A DNA stretch of 64,000 bases from assembly GCF_009914755.1 (NCBI RefSeq), contig NC_060934.1; one strand, written 5' to 3'. This stretch comes from the human T2T-CHM13v2.0 reference genome, Homo sapiens. The position numbers and the translations under genes are program-made. The notes beneath the pieces are model-generated. The model worked only from the letters and a program-made list of their open reading frames with translations. It was not told the origin of the DNA and searched no databases. Position 1 is the stretch's first letter. Every line of letters begins with the position of its first letter. Below are positions 1 to 14,369 of this stretch, piece by piece.

Positions 1-710
1 CTGTTACTCATTGAACTCACGTGCACCAGACTTAAGGTGGGTGCTGGGGGGTATTGCCATGAATAATAGCACAATCCTTGAACTTATAAAGCTTAAAGTT
101 TAATTGGCAAGGCAAGCACTGAACAAATAATAATTACAAATGTAAGGAATGTTCCAAGGTAGGGAAGTGGTAAATAAAGGATGCTCTGGGAGTATGTAAC
201 CTGAGTAAGTTGATATTCAAGCTGGGAGACAGAAGAGTCAGTAAATGTTAAATAGGTGACAAGCAGGGAGCTAATGTTCCCAGATAGGATGGATTATGCA
301 TAGGTCCTGAAGCTAAGGAAAACGTGGTATTTTCTGGGAAGTGAAACAAAACAATAGGGCTAAGCCTAGTGAGCCGGTTACATGGCATAAGGTTAAAGAT
401 ATAAATTTGGGTGAGGATTCCAAGAGCAGTTGGAAGCCCTTGAAGGTTTTAACTAAGGGAGTGAAATGAGGTTTGAATTACAGAGAATGGATTAGAGGGA
501 GTTAAGGAGGGTACTTAAGAGGCATCCAGGAGGGAGAATTGATGGGATTTATTGGTTAATTGGGTGTAGGATGATTACTCCCTAGGTGGCCTGAGCAGCC
601 AGGTAGGTAATGGTGTACCATTTCCTGAGACGGACCATACAAACCAGCAGGTTTGGGGGCATCCTGATGAGTTACTGTGAGAGTTTCAAAAGAGCCCGTC
701 AAAAAAGATG

Positions 711-993
711 TGCACAGTGGCTCATGCCTGTAATCCCAACATTTTGGGAGGCCTAGGCAGGCAGATCACTTGAGGTCAGGAGTTCAAGACCAGCCTGGTG
801 AAAGTGGTGAAACCCCATCTCTACTAAAAACCCAAAAATTAGCAGGCCGTGCTGGCGGGTACCTGTAATCCCAGCTACTCAAGAGTCTGAGGCAGGAGAA
901 TCACTTGAGCCAGAGAGGCAGAGGTTGCAGTGAGATCACACCAGTGTACTCTAGCCTGCGCAACAGAGCCAGACTTCATTTCAAAAAAAAAAA
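711..993 (+). mobile_element. Alu (S-type)
   Basis: Alu dimer with A tail; direct repeat aaaaaagatgtg on both sides. Confidence 0.93.
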
Positions 994-2157
994 GATGTGG
1001 CCTTCAGAAGAGTGATCCCAATTAAAGATGGTGCTTTGGAAGTGGTCACCTGCATGAGTAATTGAAATCACGGGAATGGATGAGACTCCCTGGCCAAAGT
1101 GCATTGTGGGAAGAAGAGGTTTAGTACAGAGTCCTAAGGAACTTCACTATTTAATGGTATGAAAGAGGATGAGCTAGGATTGGAGACTGAGAAGGGACTA
1201 CCCTAGAAGTAGAAGGACAGCAAGCAAAGGGAAAACAGAAAAGGAGGAATGAAAGGTCAGCAGGGTCAGTATACCTGTGTGGTCAAGCAGACAGGCAAAA
1301 AAAAAAAAAGTCTGTCAGATTTATTGATGTGACAGTCCTTGGCTGCCTTAGCAAAAACCATTTCAATTGATATAATAGGGATGTGGAAAAATGCAGACTG
1401 TGCTGCTGACTTTGCTTAAGAAATTTGACTCCATAGGAGAATGGGAGGCGTAGGGTGGTTAGTGGATAAGAATCTGCTGCATAAAGAGATTTTGTTTCTT
1501 AAATGAGAGAGGTTTGGGTATGCCTACTATCAGGGGAGAGAGAAAGTGAGATTCCCTGAGAAGGTGAACTGTTTCATCTTTAGCTGGGATGGACATCTCC
1601 ATCATATAATAGAAGTAATTAAGGAAAGACTCCCTTTATAACAGTTACTATTGCTAAAGAAATTGTGAAAAGCCAACTTTTGGTGTCTTACACACCTGCA
1701 AGGCAGCATTCTGGTTCCTTAGGCCCAGGTAGACATAAATGGAGCTGACTTTTGATAGGTTGTAAAGACTTTCATTTACTCTTGTTACCATGAACATCTT
1801 GGTGGTTCCTTTTTGTCTCCTTCACAAGTGGGAGTGGGCAGGTAAAGGAGAGCAAATCCCAGATCCTGGCTATTTCTAAGACCTGGACCCTGCCCTGCCT
1901 CAGCACAAGTCTGCCTAGCAGGCCCTCTTACCTGCTCAAGCACAGCACCTGCTGCTTCTCTTATACCCTCCTAACTTTTATTATACTTTTTCTTTTTACA
2001 AAATAAGAGATTGCAAAATTTTAGAAGATGCCAACAAGCAGAGAAGAAATACCACACTTTATTCCATAATTCAGAGATTGTATGTTTGTGTATAAATGTA
2101 TTTTTTTCTAGTCTTTTCATATACAGACTCACACAATTTAGGTTTAAGATGATATTT

Positions 2158-2468
2158 TCTTTCTTCTTCTTCATTTTTTTTTTTTGAGATGAGGTCTCAC
2201 TTTGTTGTCCAGGCTTGAGTGCAGTGGCATGAACGCGGCTCACTGCAGCCTCAACCTATGGGACTCAAGAGACCCTTCTGCTTCAGGCCCCTCAAGTGTC
2301 TGGGACATATGTGTGTACCACCACACCCAGCTAATTTTTAAATTTTTTTGCAGTGATGGAGTCTCACAATGTTTCCCAGGCTAGTCTCAAACTCCTGGGC
2401 TCAGGCAGTCCTCCCACGTCGGCCTCCCAAAGTGCTGGGTTTACAGGCATAAGCCATCATACCTAGCC
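2158..2468 (-). mobile_element. Alu (J-type)
   Basis: Poly-T followed by diverged antisense Alu consensus. Confidence 0.9.
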
Positions 2469-2738
2469 TAATTTGATTTTTACATCTCAGACACAATGTT
2501 TGGTACATGGTTAAAGTATAACAAATGTAGGAAGGAAGGAGAATGATTGGTGAGATGGATATTTGTATCTAAATTCTCATGTGCTTATGTCTTTTCTGCC
2601 AACATACAAAGCAAAGCAGAAATGTCAGTATATTAGAAGTGTTCCATGATTGAAATATAAGTGTGAGTCAATCACTAGACAGAATTTCATGTGTATGGAT
2701 TTTGTTATTGTATGATAACATTCTTTTTGTATTCCTAG

Positions 2739-2810
2739 AGAGCAACTTCTTCAAGGGCCCGGCTCTATGATGTTGTTGCAGTTTTTCCAAAGACAGAAAA
2801 GCTTTTTCAT
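2739..2810 (+). CDS. RPP30: RPP30 internal coding exon (exon 5 by recalled numbering), RATSSRARLYDVVAVFPKTEKLFH
   Basis: Acceptor ttcctag at 2732-2738, donor gtgagt at 2811; 72 nt, phase 0-0; translation matches the recalled human RPP30 protein. Confidence 0.96.
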
Positions 2811-3517
2811 GTGAGTAACAGATAAGTAAAAGAAAGTAGTGTATATATGTTATATAAGAAGTCTGATGTTCTGACTTTGTAGATGACCTGTTTTGACTCA
2901 TCTGGAAACTTTTAGGATTTGTTATTTATACTTGGAGTTTCTAGAACCCCATAAGGGTATATATAACTGGTATTTGTGGTTTTTTTGTTTTGTTTTGTTT
3001 TTTTCATGCTGCTAACCTTTGATAGGCTCAGTTTGAAAGAGCCCGTTTTCTTCTGTTTCTTTATCTCTGCTTCATTCATTCAAAACTTCTCTTAGCTAAG
3101 TGTTGATCCATCTCTTTCTAGCTCTAAAATCACTTCAGTTTCTGCCCTTCTTACCATTTGCTGCTCCTTGGGAGGGAAAGGAGCAAGGTTCTATTGTAGC
3201 ATAAAAGTTTCTACCTCTGTTTCGGCTTCCTCCTTTGCATGCTCTGTGGTATAGCCCATATGCCAGCATGATTGTCTCAGCTTTTAGTCTTTCAGAAATT
3301 CTTCAAAATCAGCCATTTGCTAGTATAATCCCTCTTCTTATCTTGAGAGCCTTTATGAATTGAATTTCTTTTGTACTTGTAAAATTGCCATTTCATTGCC
3401 TTTGCAGAAGGGAAAGGAGCTTAACGTGTATGCTTGTTTGTCACCTTGAGACAGAACACCCTGGGCATTTTAAATGATTACAGTAAGGAAAAAACAACTG
3501 TAATGCATTTTACTGTG

Positions 3518-3680
3518 TAAAATGAGGTATAGCTACTTTTAGAAAGTTCAAAAGTTACCTTTATCTAGGTTCACTAAAGTGTCCATCCGCCAAAAGTATA
3601 AAATGAGGTATAGCTACTTTTAGAAACTTCTGAAAGTTGCCTTTTTCTAGGTTCATTAAAATGTCCATCTGCCAAAAATA
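3518..3680. repeat. Tandem duplication, about 81 bp x2
   Basis: taaaatgaggtatagctacttttagaaa...gccaaaa(g/a)ta starts at 3518 and again at 3599. Confidence 0.92.
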
Positions 3681-3706
3681 TAACCACCAAAGGTACTACT
3701 CTTTGA

Positions 3707-3855
3707 TTTTTTTTTTAAAGACTAGTCAAGTGTCCTATTAAGAAAAGGGGAAAGAGTAGAACAAGGAATTCAACCTGTAACTGATTGTGAATAGTCAATT
3801 AAGATAACTGACTGTGAACAGTCAATTAAGATAACTGACTACCTTCAGAGCAGCC
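3707..3855 (-). pseudogene. Y1 RNA (RNY1-derived) retropseudogene with an internal 27-bp duplication
   Basis: Reverse complement reads GGCTGCTCTGAAGGTAGT...CCTTGTTCTACTCTTTCCCC...CACTTGACTAGTCTTT followed by an A10 tail, matching hY1; tcaaaga appears on both flanks (TSD-like). Confidence 0.9.
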
Positions 3856-4066
3856 TGGTCTTTGAGGTTTTAATGTTACATCAGTTTTTTTTTTTTTTAA
3901 GCAAAATTCATTCTAAAATTGCAGAAAGATGTTTTTCCTAGATGTATCCAGTAGATGGAGCTGTTGACTAAGGATGCTAACGTGTGCGATAAACATTAAT
4001 AGTTTTCAAGACATACTGTCAATTCTTAATTATTTATATTAACAGAGAAACAGCACAAATTATTTA

Positions 4067-4418
<352 letters not shown>

Positions 4419-6068
4419 TTATAGATATTCTCAAGAATTTTGTTTTAGTTAAAGGGGTAAGTAGAAGCAAGTGATTTTTAGTCATAAAAGACACCTGTAG
4501 AACTTTTTAAAATCAGGCACATTCAGCCCTCACCACTGGAGACTTTGTTCCAGTAGATTTGGGGTTGATTCTGGGTATCTGTTTTTTCATGTTCTGTAAG
4601 AAAGTATAATTCAGTGCCAAAACCACTAGTGTTTAATATAAGGAAGACCATGGGCATTTCCAAGTTTGTTACAAAACCAACAGCAACTTAGTTTGCTTAT
4701 TAAATAATAGCAACTCAGTTGTGATTTAGAATAAAAGTTGCAGATGTACCAAGTATTTTGTTGTACATTTGATTTCTGGATTAATTTTGAAGATCATGCA
4801 ACTTACATTTCCATATCCCTTTACTGATGATTAGAGAAACAAAAGAAGGTATACATTTGTAAAACCTTTCAAAAACGTTTACATATTTATTTCCTTTAAC
4901 TTTTACGACAATCCCGTAGGATAATTGGGACAGATATTTATTACTATCCTCATTCTATAATGGAGAAAACTGAGATTCAGGCTGAGTGATTTGCTCTAAA
5001 TCTCCCAGCAAGTTTGTTCTAAAGATAGGACTTTGGGTTTTAGACTATGTTGTAATTTCATATAATAGTTTTACTTGTTTATCTTACTGTTTTTCTCAGA
5101 CTTAAAGTTTGAATTTGGTGAACACATGCTTGATGATAGTAGATGGGCCTGTCAAAAATACTTTGGAAGATGGAAGAAAGCACAAAGTATTGACTTTACA
5201 CATATACTCAAAAAGTTAAATGAGAACGCAGTTTTAAAAATGGGAACATCTTCCTCTTCTCTATCCAAATATTACCCATTCCTTAAGATTAAATTGAAAT
5301 TAGAGTTCTCCTTGTTTTCTATAGGAAATCAATTTTAAAAGACATCTTTCTTTTAAAGCTTTTATAGGTATATCATGGTTTGGAATCAGGTCAAATGCAA
5401 GCAGTTTGTGTCTTAAGTTACATTCTACAAGTGATTTTATTTATTTTGTTTGTAAGTTGATTATCTAGAATTCTAACAGGTATCTATCTCTGTAGGTATG
5501 GTATTCTAAAACTAAGTTAGGTCTCCAAGATGAGTCATCAAGCATACACACACAGACAGACACATGTTTATGTCAATAGTAGTATAAAATCGAACCATCT
5601 TAAATAGCATCATTTCCATGGGACATAATATACCATTATATTTTCTACTCAGAGTATCCGGAAGATGTCTCATAGAAACTCCCTCTCCATAGCTACTTAA
5701 GGAGATAAGGCAGAGATTAAAGATTTTGAGGGGGTCCATTGGTTAGGGCTCCTTGGGATGGGGGACAGCTGTGGAATATGACACAGAGAGAGAGTTGCAT
5801 AGAAGCTTCTGGAGCTTCTGGACCAATTAATTATTCCCATTTAGGATTTAAAGCAGCTGAGCAGGTTGAGGAGAATTCAGGTTATTTAGTCCAGTGGTCT
5901 CTAACCTGCTTTGATTGTGCACCCTATCAGTTTAAAAAATTTTTGAGCCTGCTTCCAAATATATATATGTTTCTTATAAATTATTCGCATCTCTCATTAT
6001 ACCAGTGTGCCTTATAAAAACTACATACACACAAAACAGATCTTAAGATAGTGAATTAAAAATTAAAT

Positions 6069-6490
6069 GGGCCAGGCATGGTGGCTCACGCCTGTAATCC
6101 TAGCACTTTGGGAGGCCGAGGCAGGCAGATCACGAGAGGCCATCCTGGCTAACACGGTGAAACCCCGACTCCACTAAAAATTCAAAAAATTAGCCAGGCA
6201 TGGTGGCGGGCACCTGTAGTCCCAGCTACTCAGGAGGCTGAGGCAGGAGAATGGTGTGAACCCGGGAGACGGAGCTTGCAGTGAGCCAAGATTGCACCAC
6301 AGCACTGCAACCTGGATGACAGAGCAAGACTCCGTCTCAAAGAAAAAAGTAAATGGAGGCTGGATCCAGTGCCTTGTGCCTGTAATTCCAGGACTTTGGG
6401 AGGCCGAGGCAGGATGACCACTTGAGGCCAGGAGTTCAAGACCAGCCTGGGCAACATAGTGAGACCCTGTCTCTATTTTTAAAAAATAAA
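6069..6490 (+). mobile_element. Alu (Y/Sc-like, 6069-6348) followed by a FLAM/left monomer (6357-6490)
   Basis: Two tandem sense Alu-family units. Confidence 0.9.
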
Positions 6491-9487
6491 AGTAAATGGA
6501 AATAAAAGTTTTATTTTCTTCCTGCTCCTGAAATTCATGCCTTTCCTTTGCAGAGGACTGTTGTAGTGTCTTGAGGAAGGGAGTGTCCTGGTGTTACTTG
6601 CAGTATGGTCTGGCTCCACTGGCTTTAGAATTACCTGGGATATTTATTAAAATGCAGATCATTAGGCCATACTTAATGAATCAATGGAGGTAGGGCCTGG
6701 TTGTCTCCATTTTTGATACATTCTTTAGGGGAGTTTTGTACACATTAAAGTTGAGTGCCACTGTTGATGGGCATCTCTCTTTTTCCTTGGTAAGCCTGAT
6801 TGTCTCTTCACAATTTATCAAACTGATACCTTTGAAAGGGATTCAGGGAGGAATATGAACCCCTACAGTCCTATTCCTTTTGTGCCATAGAGGCAAAGAT
6901 GTGTATATATGTGTGCATTTTTATGGGAATACGTTTTCTTTAAATTGTCATAGGAGTCTCTGGCCAAAAAAAAAAAAAAAAATTGGTATGGACAACTGAT
7001 GTGAATTATTATGTAACCTACTAGTTTTCAGAGAAAACCATTATAAGATTCTTAACCCCAAGGCTCTATTGGGCATAATTTAATCTTCTAAAATGATATA
7101 GAAAGCGTTTCATTGTAGTGTGAACATTAACTTTTATTTTGTGGTTATCTAAAAGTATTGATTGAACATTTTGGTTAATAGAAAACTAAATAACAAAATA
7201 ATTCAGTTTGGGGCATTCTAAGGTTGAAGTGTCAGAGGGAGCCATGTGGAGCTGTCCCTTGTAACTAAAAGTTTATTATAATGCATGTATTTGCACGTAC
7301 TTAAACCAACATAGAGCCATTGTTTAATTGGCCACTCTTATGTAGGAAAAGGGAAGAAAGGAACAATGTGTAAGTAAAAAGTAACCTAATTTAGCTTTAT
7401 TCTGGGGAGAATGTTTAACAGGCTTTTAAAGAATTAATCACCTTTTTAAACTGAAGAAATAATTTACATTCACAATGATTAATTTAAACAGTACAAAGGT
7501 ACTGAAAAGTATGCCTTACTTCCACCTAAAATTCCTTCCCCATTTTTTCCAGAAGCAACCACTAGTAATAGTTTTTGTGTATCTTTTTAGAAATATTATT
7601 TACCTCGTCTTTTTTTCCTTTGTTCTCCCCTTTCTCCCTTCCTCTTTCCTTCCTACCTAACACCATGCTTCTTTTACCTTACAGTTTCTTAGAGGTTGTT
7701 CCATAATATCCATTAGAGATGTACATCATTTCCTTTAATGAGTTGGCATATTCCATCATATAAAGGGATCATAATTGAAGTAAAATTGAGGGATGTTTAA
7801 TTGTGTCTAGTCTTTCATGATTGGTATTGCAATGACTGTCATTGTACTAATGTCCCCTGAGCCTTTGTAGGGTATATAGCTACGTAATATATTTTTAGAG
7901 TCTCTGCACTTATAGAGACTTCTCTATAGGAGACTCCACTTATACCTACTACATACCTATAAGTAGAATTGTTGGTGTGTGCATTTAAAATTTTGGTAGC
8001 CATTGCTAAAATGCTTTTCAAGACCTTATACTGATTTAAAGACCTTTTGAGTGCCTGTTCATTCATTCTCATGTCAGCAAGGTAGTACCAAACTTTTTTA
8101 TCTTTGCCAGTATGATCGATAAAAAATGGTGAACAGAGCTGAATTTGTTTCAGCTATCATTCAGAGCTTTTCTTCATCCACTCTTATTAAATTTTCAGTG
8201 ACTCTTTTATGAGTTGGACAGCTGTGGCAGTTGGGATGGGGCAGATTCTTTATGAGCCAAGTATTTCTGCCAAAACAACATTGCTTCCCAGGCTTACTAA
8301 GTTACTATGACTGTCTTAAAGCTAGCCAGCCTCTGATCTCTACTTCCTAAAGCCCTGGGGTTGGAGTAGGAGTGACTGAAGTGGGGATTCTGAAGAAAAA
8401 GGGCAAGATACGGTATTCCTGTCATTGCCGAAGGTTGGCACCAATCCTATAGGTCATTTTCTCCACTCTTCCTTACTCTGCCCTTTCCCCTGGTACATGC
8501 CACTGATGTTGTTTGTCAGCGTAGCCATCCTGGAAGTTTGAATTTGTCTGTCAAGCCTGTACACACTAGCATTGTCAGTAAGCTTTGTTTTTAATGTAAT
8601 ACATAACAGCCAAATATTTTTATCACTATAAATCAAATAATGGCAAAATCAGAGCCAGGTATGTTTCTTCCAGCAGTGTCTTCTGGCTTGCCCTCTACAC
8701 TAGTAACCTTTTCCCAGCTTTATTTTTCTTCCCTGATTTTCCATTTATCCTGATTTTCTTATCTGTTTATTTTATCTTGTATGTGGTTTTCATAAACAGT
8801 TTCAAATCTCTTTGAGAAGAAAATGCAGAGTATTACTCAACAAGTCATAGCAAAAATTAAAACAACAGAAAGGGAAATTAAAAGTTGAGAAAATGCATTC
8901 ATTATCATTTGCTTTGTAGTAGCTCTGCTTTAACTATTTATGTAGATTCCTTCTATTAGTATTTGAACAAATGTCATGAGGTGCTGTGTTCATATTTCTT
9001 TAGCTACTCAGTAGACTTGATAGGAGCCACAGCCCTGGGACAATTCTTGGCACAGAGTTGCTCAATAAATAGTGTGTGGGATAAATGGACTATGCATACA
9101 TTCCATTTGGCTTATTTTTTCCTTGGGTTTTAGAATAGTCAGTTTCTTCTTTCTGGGACAGTCTGAAGTAACCTTCCAGAAACTGAGCCTCGCTCTGCAA
9201 CCCATCCTTATGTAGAAGACCATATGAGTTAGAGAGTCTCCAGGCCCTATCTTTTGAGAAAGTCTGTGGACATATTCCGCTTTTGCTGGATTACAGTTAA
9301 ACCATTTAAACCAAACCTAAAAGAGTAGCAAAACAGTTGACTTTGTAAAAGGTCAGATGTATTTCAACACAGAACCATCAAAACACCTATGGAGTGAACC
9401 ATACTTTATATCGAGTTTGACCCTATCTCCCATTCTTACTTGTGCCAATTTTCCTTTTGGCCTTACCTATTTTTTTCTTCTTTACAG

Positions 9488-9577
9488 ATTGCTTGCACAC
9501 ATTTAGATGTGGATTTAGTCTGCATAACTGTAACAGAGAAACTACCATTTTACTTCAAAAGACCTCCTATTAATGTG
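9488..9577 (+). CDS. RPP30: RPP30 exon 6, IACTHLDVDLVCITVTEKLPFYFKRPPINV
   Basis: Polypyrimidine tract plus tttacag acceptor, gtaagt donor at 9578; 90 nt; lies inside ORF 9440..9625. Confidence 0.97.
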
Positions 9578-10637
9578 GTAAGTGTACTTTCCATTCTGTA
9601 TTTGAATCTTAGAAACTTACATTAGCAAATTGGAAAAGAAGCAGAAGAAATCAGTGTTCTTAGAAGGAAAAACAAAGGCTAGGGAATAGGAGGCAGTTTT
9701 AGAAAAGAGAATTTTCGTTTTGAAAGCTGAACAAAGGGAGAAAGAAAGCTTAAAATTAAAAATATCCAGTTAATTATTAAGATGTTTTTAAAAGGCCATA
9801 GAACCCAAAATTTATAAAGGATATTTCTTAAGAGGATAGCTAATAATCATGGGTACTTATAACCTGAACATCAATTATTAAGGGAACAGAGCAGTCAAAA
9901 AAGAAGAGGAAGGGAAAAAATAAAAAGCAGAGGATCCTTGAGGCACCAGGAAGCTAAAGAGAGTCAAGAGGGAACAGGGCATGGCATCACATAGACGTGG
10001 TCTATGCAAAATTAAAATCTGTGTTGAAGCATGCTTATTCACAAAGAGCCCAGAGTTACTTTTATATGAACCTAATAGGATGGCCATGTGTTCAGAAAAC
10101 TTTTTTGTTTCTCCCTCTGCTATAGAATTTTTCTCATTCCCCTTCTACATAGTTTTCTCTTGTTTTCCCATACCCTTCATCTTCTATCTGTCCATTCCTT
10201 CTTCTGTCTTAATTTCCTCCCATTTCCATCATAAGGTAATATTATTTCACACCAGTAACTATTTTAGTAGCAAAAGGTCAGCACAGCTGTTAACTATTTG
10301 CTTTGCCAGTCAGATCCTAGGAGGAGTTCAGATGCTATTTTAGAGTAGTGGCTTCCAAAACCCTAGTCTCCTGTTCTCAAAAACTGGTATCCAAGGAGAA
10401 AAAAAAGAGTTTAGCAAATACAGTCAAAATTACATATCCAATCCTGTCAGAATCAGAAGATTAATTTTTTTTAAGTTTTTCAAAGGATAATTCCCTTGCT
10501 CTTTTGCCTCTGTAGAATCATAACTTTCTCAATTTTAATTCTCTTTGGTGCTAAGGAATTGGCTTGAGAATTAGAGGGAGACAGTAAGAGGAGAAAATGG
10601 AAAATTAGTATGTGAAAATTCAGTGTGGCAAAAATTA

Positions 10638-10940
10638 TTAGTAGTAGTAGTAGTAGTAGTAGAGACAGGGTGTCACTCTATTGCCCAAGCTAGAGTGCAG
10701 TGGCATGATCATAGCTCACTGCAGCCTCAACTTCCTGGGATCAAGTGATCCTCCTACCTCAGCCTCCTGAGCAATTGGGACTACAGGTGCATGCCACCAC
10801 ACCTGGCTAATTTTTTTATGTTTTGTAAAGTTGAGGTCTCACCATGTTTCCCAGGCTGGTCTCAAACTCCTGGGCTCAAGCAATCCTCCCACCTCAGCCT
10901 CCCAAAGTGCTCAGCTTACAGGCATGAGCCACCATGCCTG
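10638..10940 (-). mobile_element. Alu (J-type) with a (TAG)n-converted tail
   Basis: Antisense Alu; the tail has become a tagtagtag run at 10639-10661. Confidence 0.9.
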
Positions 10941-11061
10941 ACCCACCCAATGGGGAAAAGTTTAAGTTAGCTTATGTTCTACCCCTAAAAATATGCTACT
11001 CAAACTAAAAATATATCATCATATATTTCAAGGGAAAAACATAAAAGCTCTTGTTGGGTAA

Positions 11062-11360
<299 letters not shown>

Positions 11361-12973
11361 TAGGGTAAATATTGACAGTACTAGTGAACATAACAATATT
11401 GGCTGAGCTCAAATCATTGGTTCCTTGTGTTATTGCCAGTACTTATAAATAAATAAGTAAACAGTGAAAAACCACTGAATCACCACATTTTCGAGTTGGA
11501 AATCTATGTTGTGCAACAGTTCATTTGTCAAATGTGGGGAAATGAAAAACTACAAGAAGTCATTCAGTTCTGTAGTCACACAGGGTTAGGAAAGTTCTGA
11601 TTGGTTGTCTGTCAAGATCTCTGATGTGCCCCAGGTACCTATGATAAAAGCCACAAATTAATACAGTACTCAAGGTTATGGCAGTCTTGTTGGCCTCACA
11701 TATTGTTTCTCTCCAGAGGTAGCAATCTCTGTCTTTAGAAGTTTGCCTAACCTTTTTACCAGCCTCAAACTGCCAATACAGTTTCTGTGGAAGTAGCACC
11801 CCCAGAGTTGGGCACTATAGCTACTCAGCAAATTGCTAGTGAACTTGCAACTTTTTCACCTTTTTCTTCATCTTAATGAACTAGGAAGGTCATTTTCTAG
11901 ATGGCTTTGCCTGAATAAGCCCACATACGATACTGTGACCTTTGATGGGAGGAGCTAGCATGTGATGTTAAGGCCAAGTCCATGGAATGGACAGCAATGC
12001 ACAACAGATAATTCCTCATGTCTCACGACAGTGGTAAGATTCCCAGTGGCTGCTTTGGTGAGAGCTTTTAATTGGGGTTCTTAGGAACTTGTATTATTAT
12101 TTAAACCAGAGTGTGAGCTCCTAGAGAACACCGGCTGTCATGGTCCTTTTTTAAGTACTCCACTATCTTGCGTATAATGAGTCCTCCTTACAGTTTGTTG
12201 AGTCAATAAGTACATGTTGAACTTAGCATATCAGGGTACAGCATAGGGGACCTGGCCAAATTCTGCTCGTTGTTAGTCACCAGCTGGATGTCCACATTCA
12301 TCAGGAAGTATATGCCGTGAGGGAAGTGGGGCAGTGGGGCAACATGAGGAGGACAGTGGCACTCAAGACAGTTGACACCAGGACACCCCACCCCCTGATT
12401 CCATTGGGAAGTTCAGGAAAGCTCCTTTCGTTTGATGGGCATTTTTCGCTTAATTCCTACATTTTTCAATTTAAGAATTCTGAAAAGTAAAAAATTCTGT
12501 CAAGTGAGAGGGATATGCAGTTTAACATGGTGTCTGCTTTAAAAAAAATCTGGTGTGAACATTTTGCATATGTTGTTTAATAAAAACTAGATGATGGAGT
12601 GGAAAGAAAGGCTGCACAAGATTATTTTTAGTCTTCATCTAGTAGAAGAGTAGGCTGCACTGTGAATTGGTCAGGAAGCAGAAGAGTCCCTGTTAATTTA
12701 TTCACCTATTTTTTATTAAAGAGAGAAAGTTGGAAACATACAGGTGTCTAGCTTGTTGTTCAGAGTAAATAATAGTTGTGGCATAGGTATGTATGTATTA
12801 TTTGTAACATAATATCCAGTCTGGCTGTGGAGCTGTTTGTCTACATAAAGTATGGAAATGTATACATTGTGAGAGCACAGTCTTGGTCCTTGCATGTTCC
12901 CTTGGCTTTGAGTGTAAACTTGTTTTTGGCCTTGAGAAGTTCATAGATTGGCTTTAAAAGGATCACTTTATAA

Positions 12974-13253
<280 letters not shown>

Positions 13254-14369
13254 TAAATTAAGCACAGATCTTAATTTTGTCACGATGTGGGCCCTTTTCT
13301 TTGGTTGTGGTGAAAAGCAGTATTAAGAAAGGTAAATCATTCATCTTTTACCAATAGGCCAGATGCCATGTGAGAATCATCAGCTTGGAAGGTTGGGATT
13401 GTGAAGGAGGGCCCAGGAGCTCTATAGCATACCAAACACTCCATTTGTGTACTTTGCAGCTCTTTTCCCTTTTGTCATCTTCACTGTATGCTTAGGGCAC
13501 CATAATTTCAATTATGCAATTTCCTCTAAAATCTCCCACAAACCTCTTCTGGAGTCTAAGTAACTTGTCATCGCATTTCTGTCATGTGATAGATGTGTTT
13601 CTAAAAAATTGGATTCCACTCCTTTTCTTGAATAATCACATGACTTCAGATTATTTAGCATTTTATGACATAAGCAGTTTGATACCTGCTTTGGCCCAGC
13701 AGTTTTGGGATGGGGTAGATGTTAATTATCTCCATATGCAGGTAATACAGTAGAATCTTAGGTAGTTCATGGTTCACACAGTTAAATGACTCTCTCAAGG
13801 GGTTGACAAGGGATTTGTACTCAAGCTTTGATTCCAAATCTGCTGTTATTTCCTACTGGGAAATGCTTTTTAAAGTTACTTTACAGCAGAACTCTTTGTT
13901 AAGCACAGAGTAATTTCATATTTTAAAACATGAGCTTTATGAATTCAGGTTGTGAGAAGAAGGATGTTCTTAAAACAGCACGTATCTCTTTACTTTCCCT
14001 TTGATTTTTTTACAATGTTATTTCCATTTCAATGTTATTGTCACTTAACAATGACTTCAAGCTTATTGAGTTATTTTAAGGGATCTTATATGTTTTACAC
14101 TCTCTCTGATGTTTTCCCCTCAGTCCTTCCTTTAACCCTAATCCATTTCTGTCTTCGTGGTCCGATTACTCCCCACTGAGAGATGTTTAGTAAGTAGTAT
14201 CTAAACAGTGAGGTAGTTCCATGAATCATGCTATAAATACTTGATTTGGATGTGAGTGTTCTGTAAACTTTGTTTTATCACACATGAATCTAATGTGTTA
14301 AGTACTGTGTCCATTCAGTGCCAGCAAATTGTGCCAGTATTAAAAATTTCTGTGGAAAAAAAAAATGCA

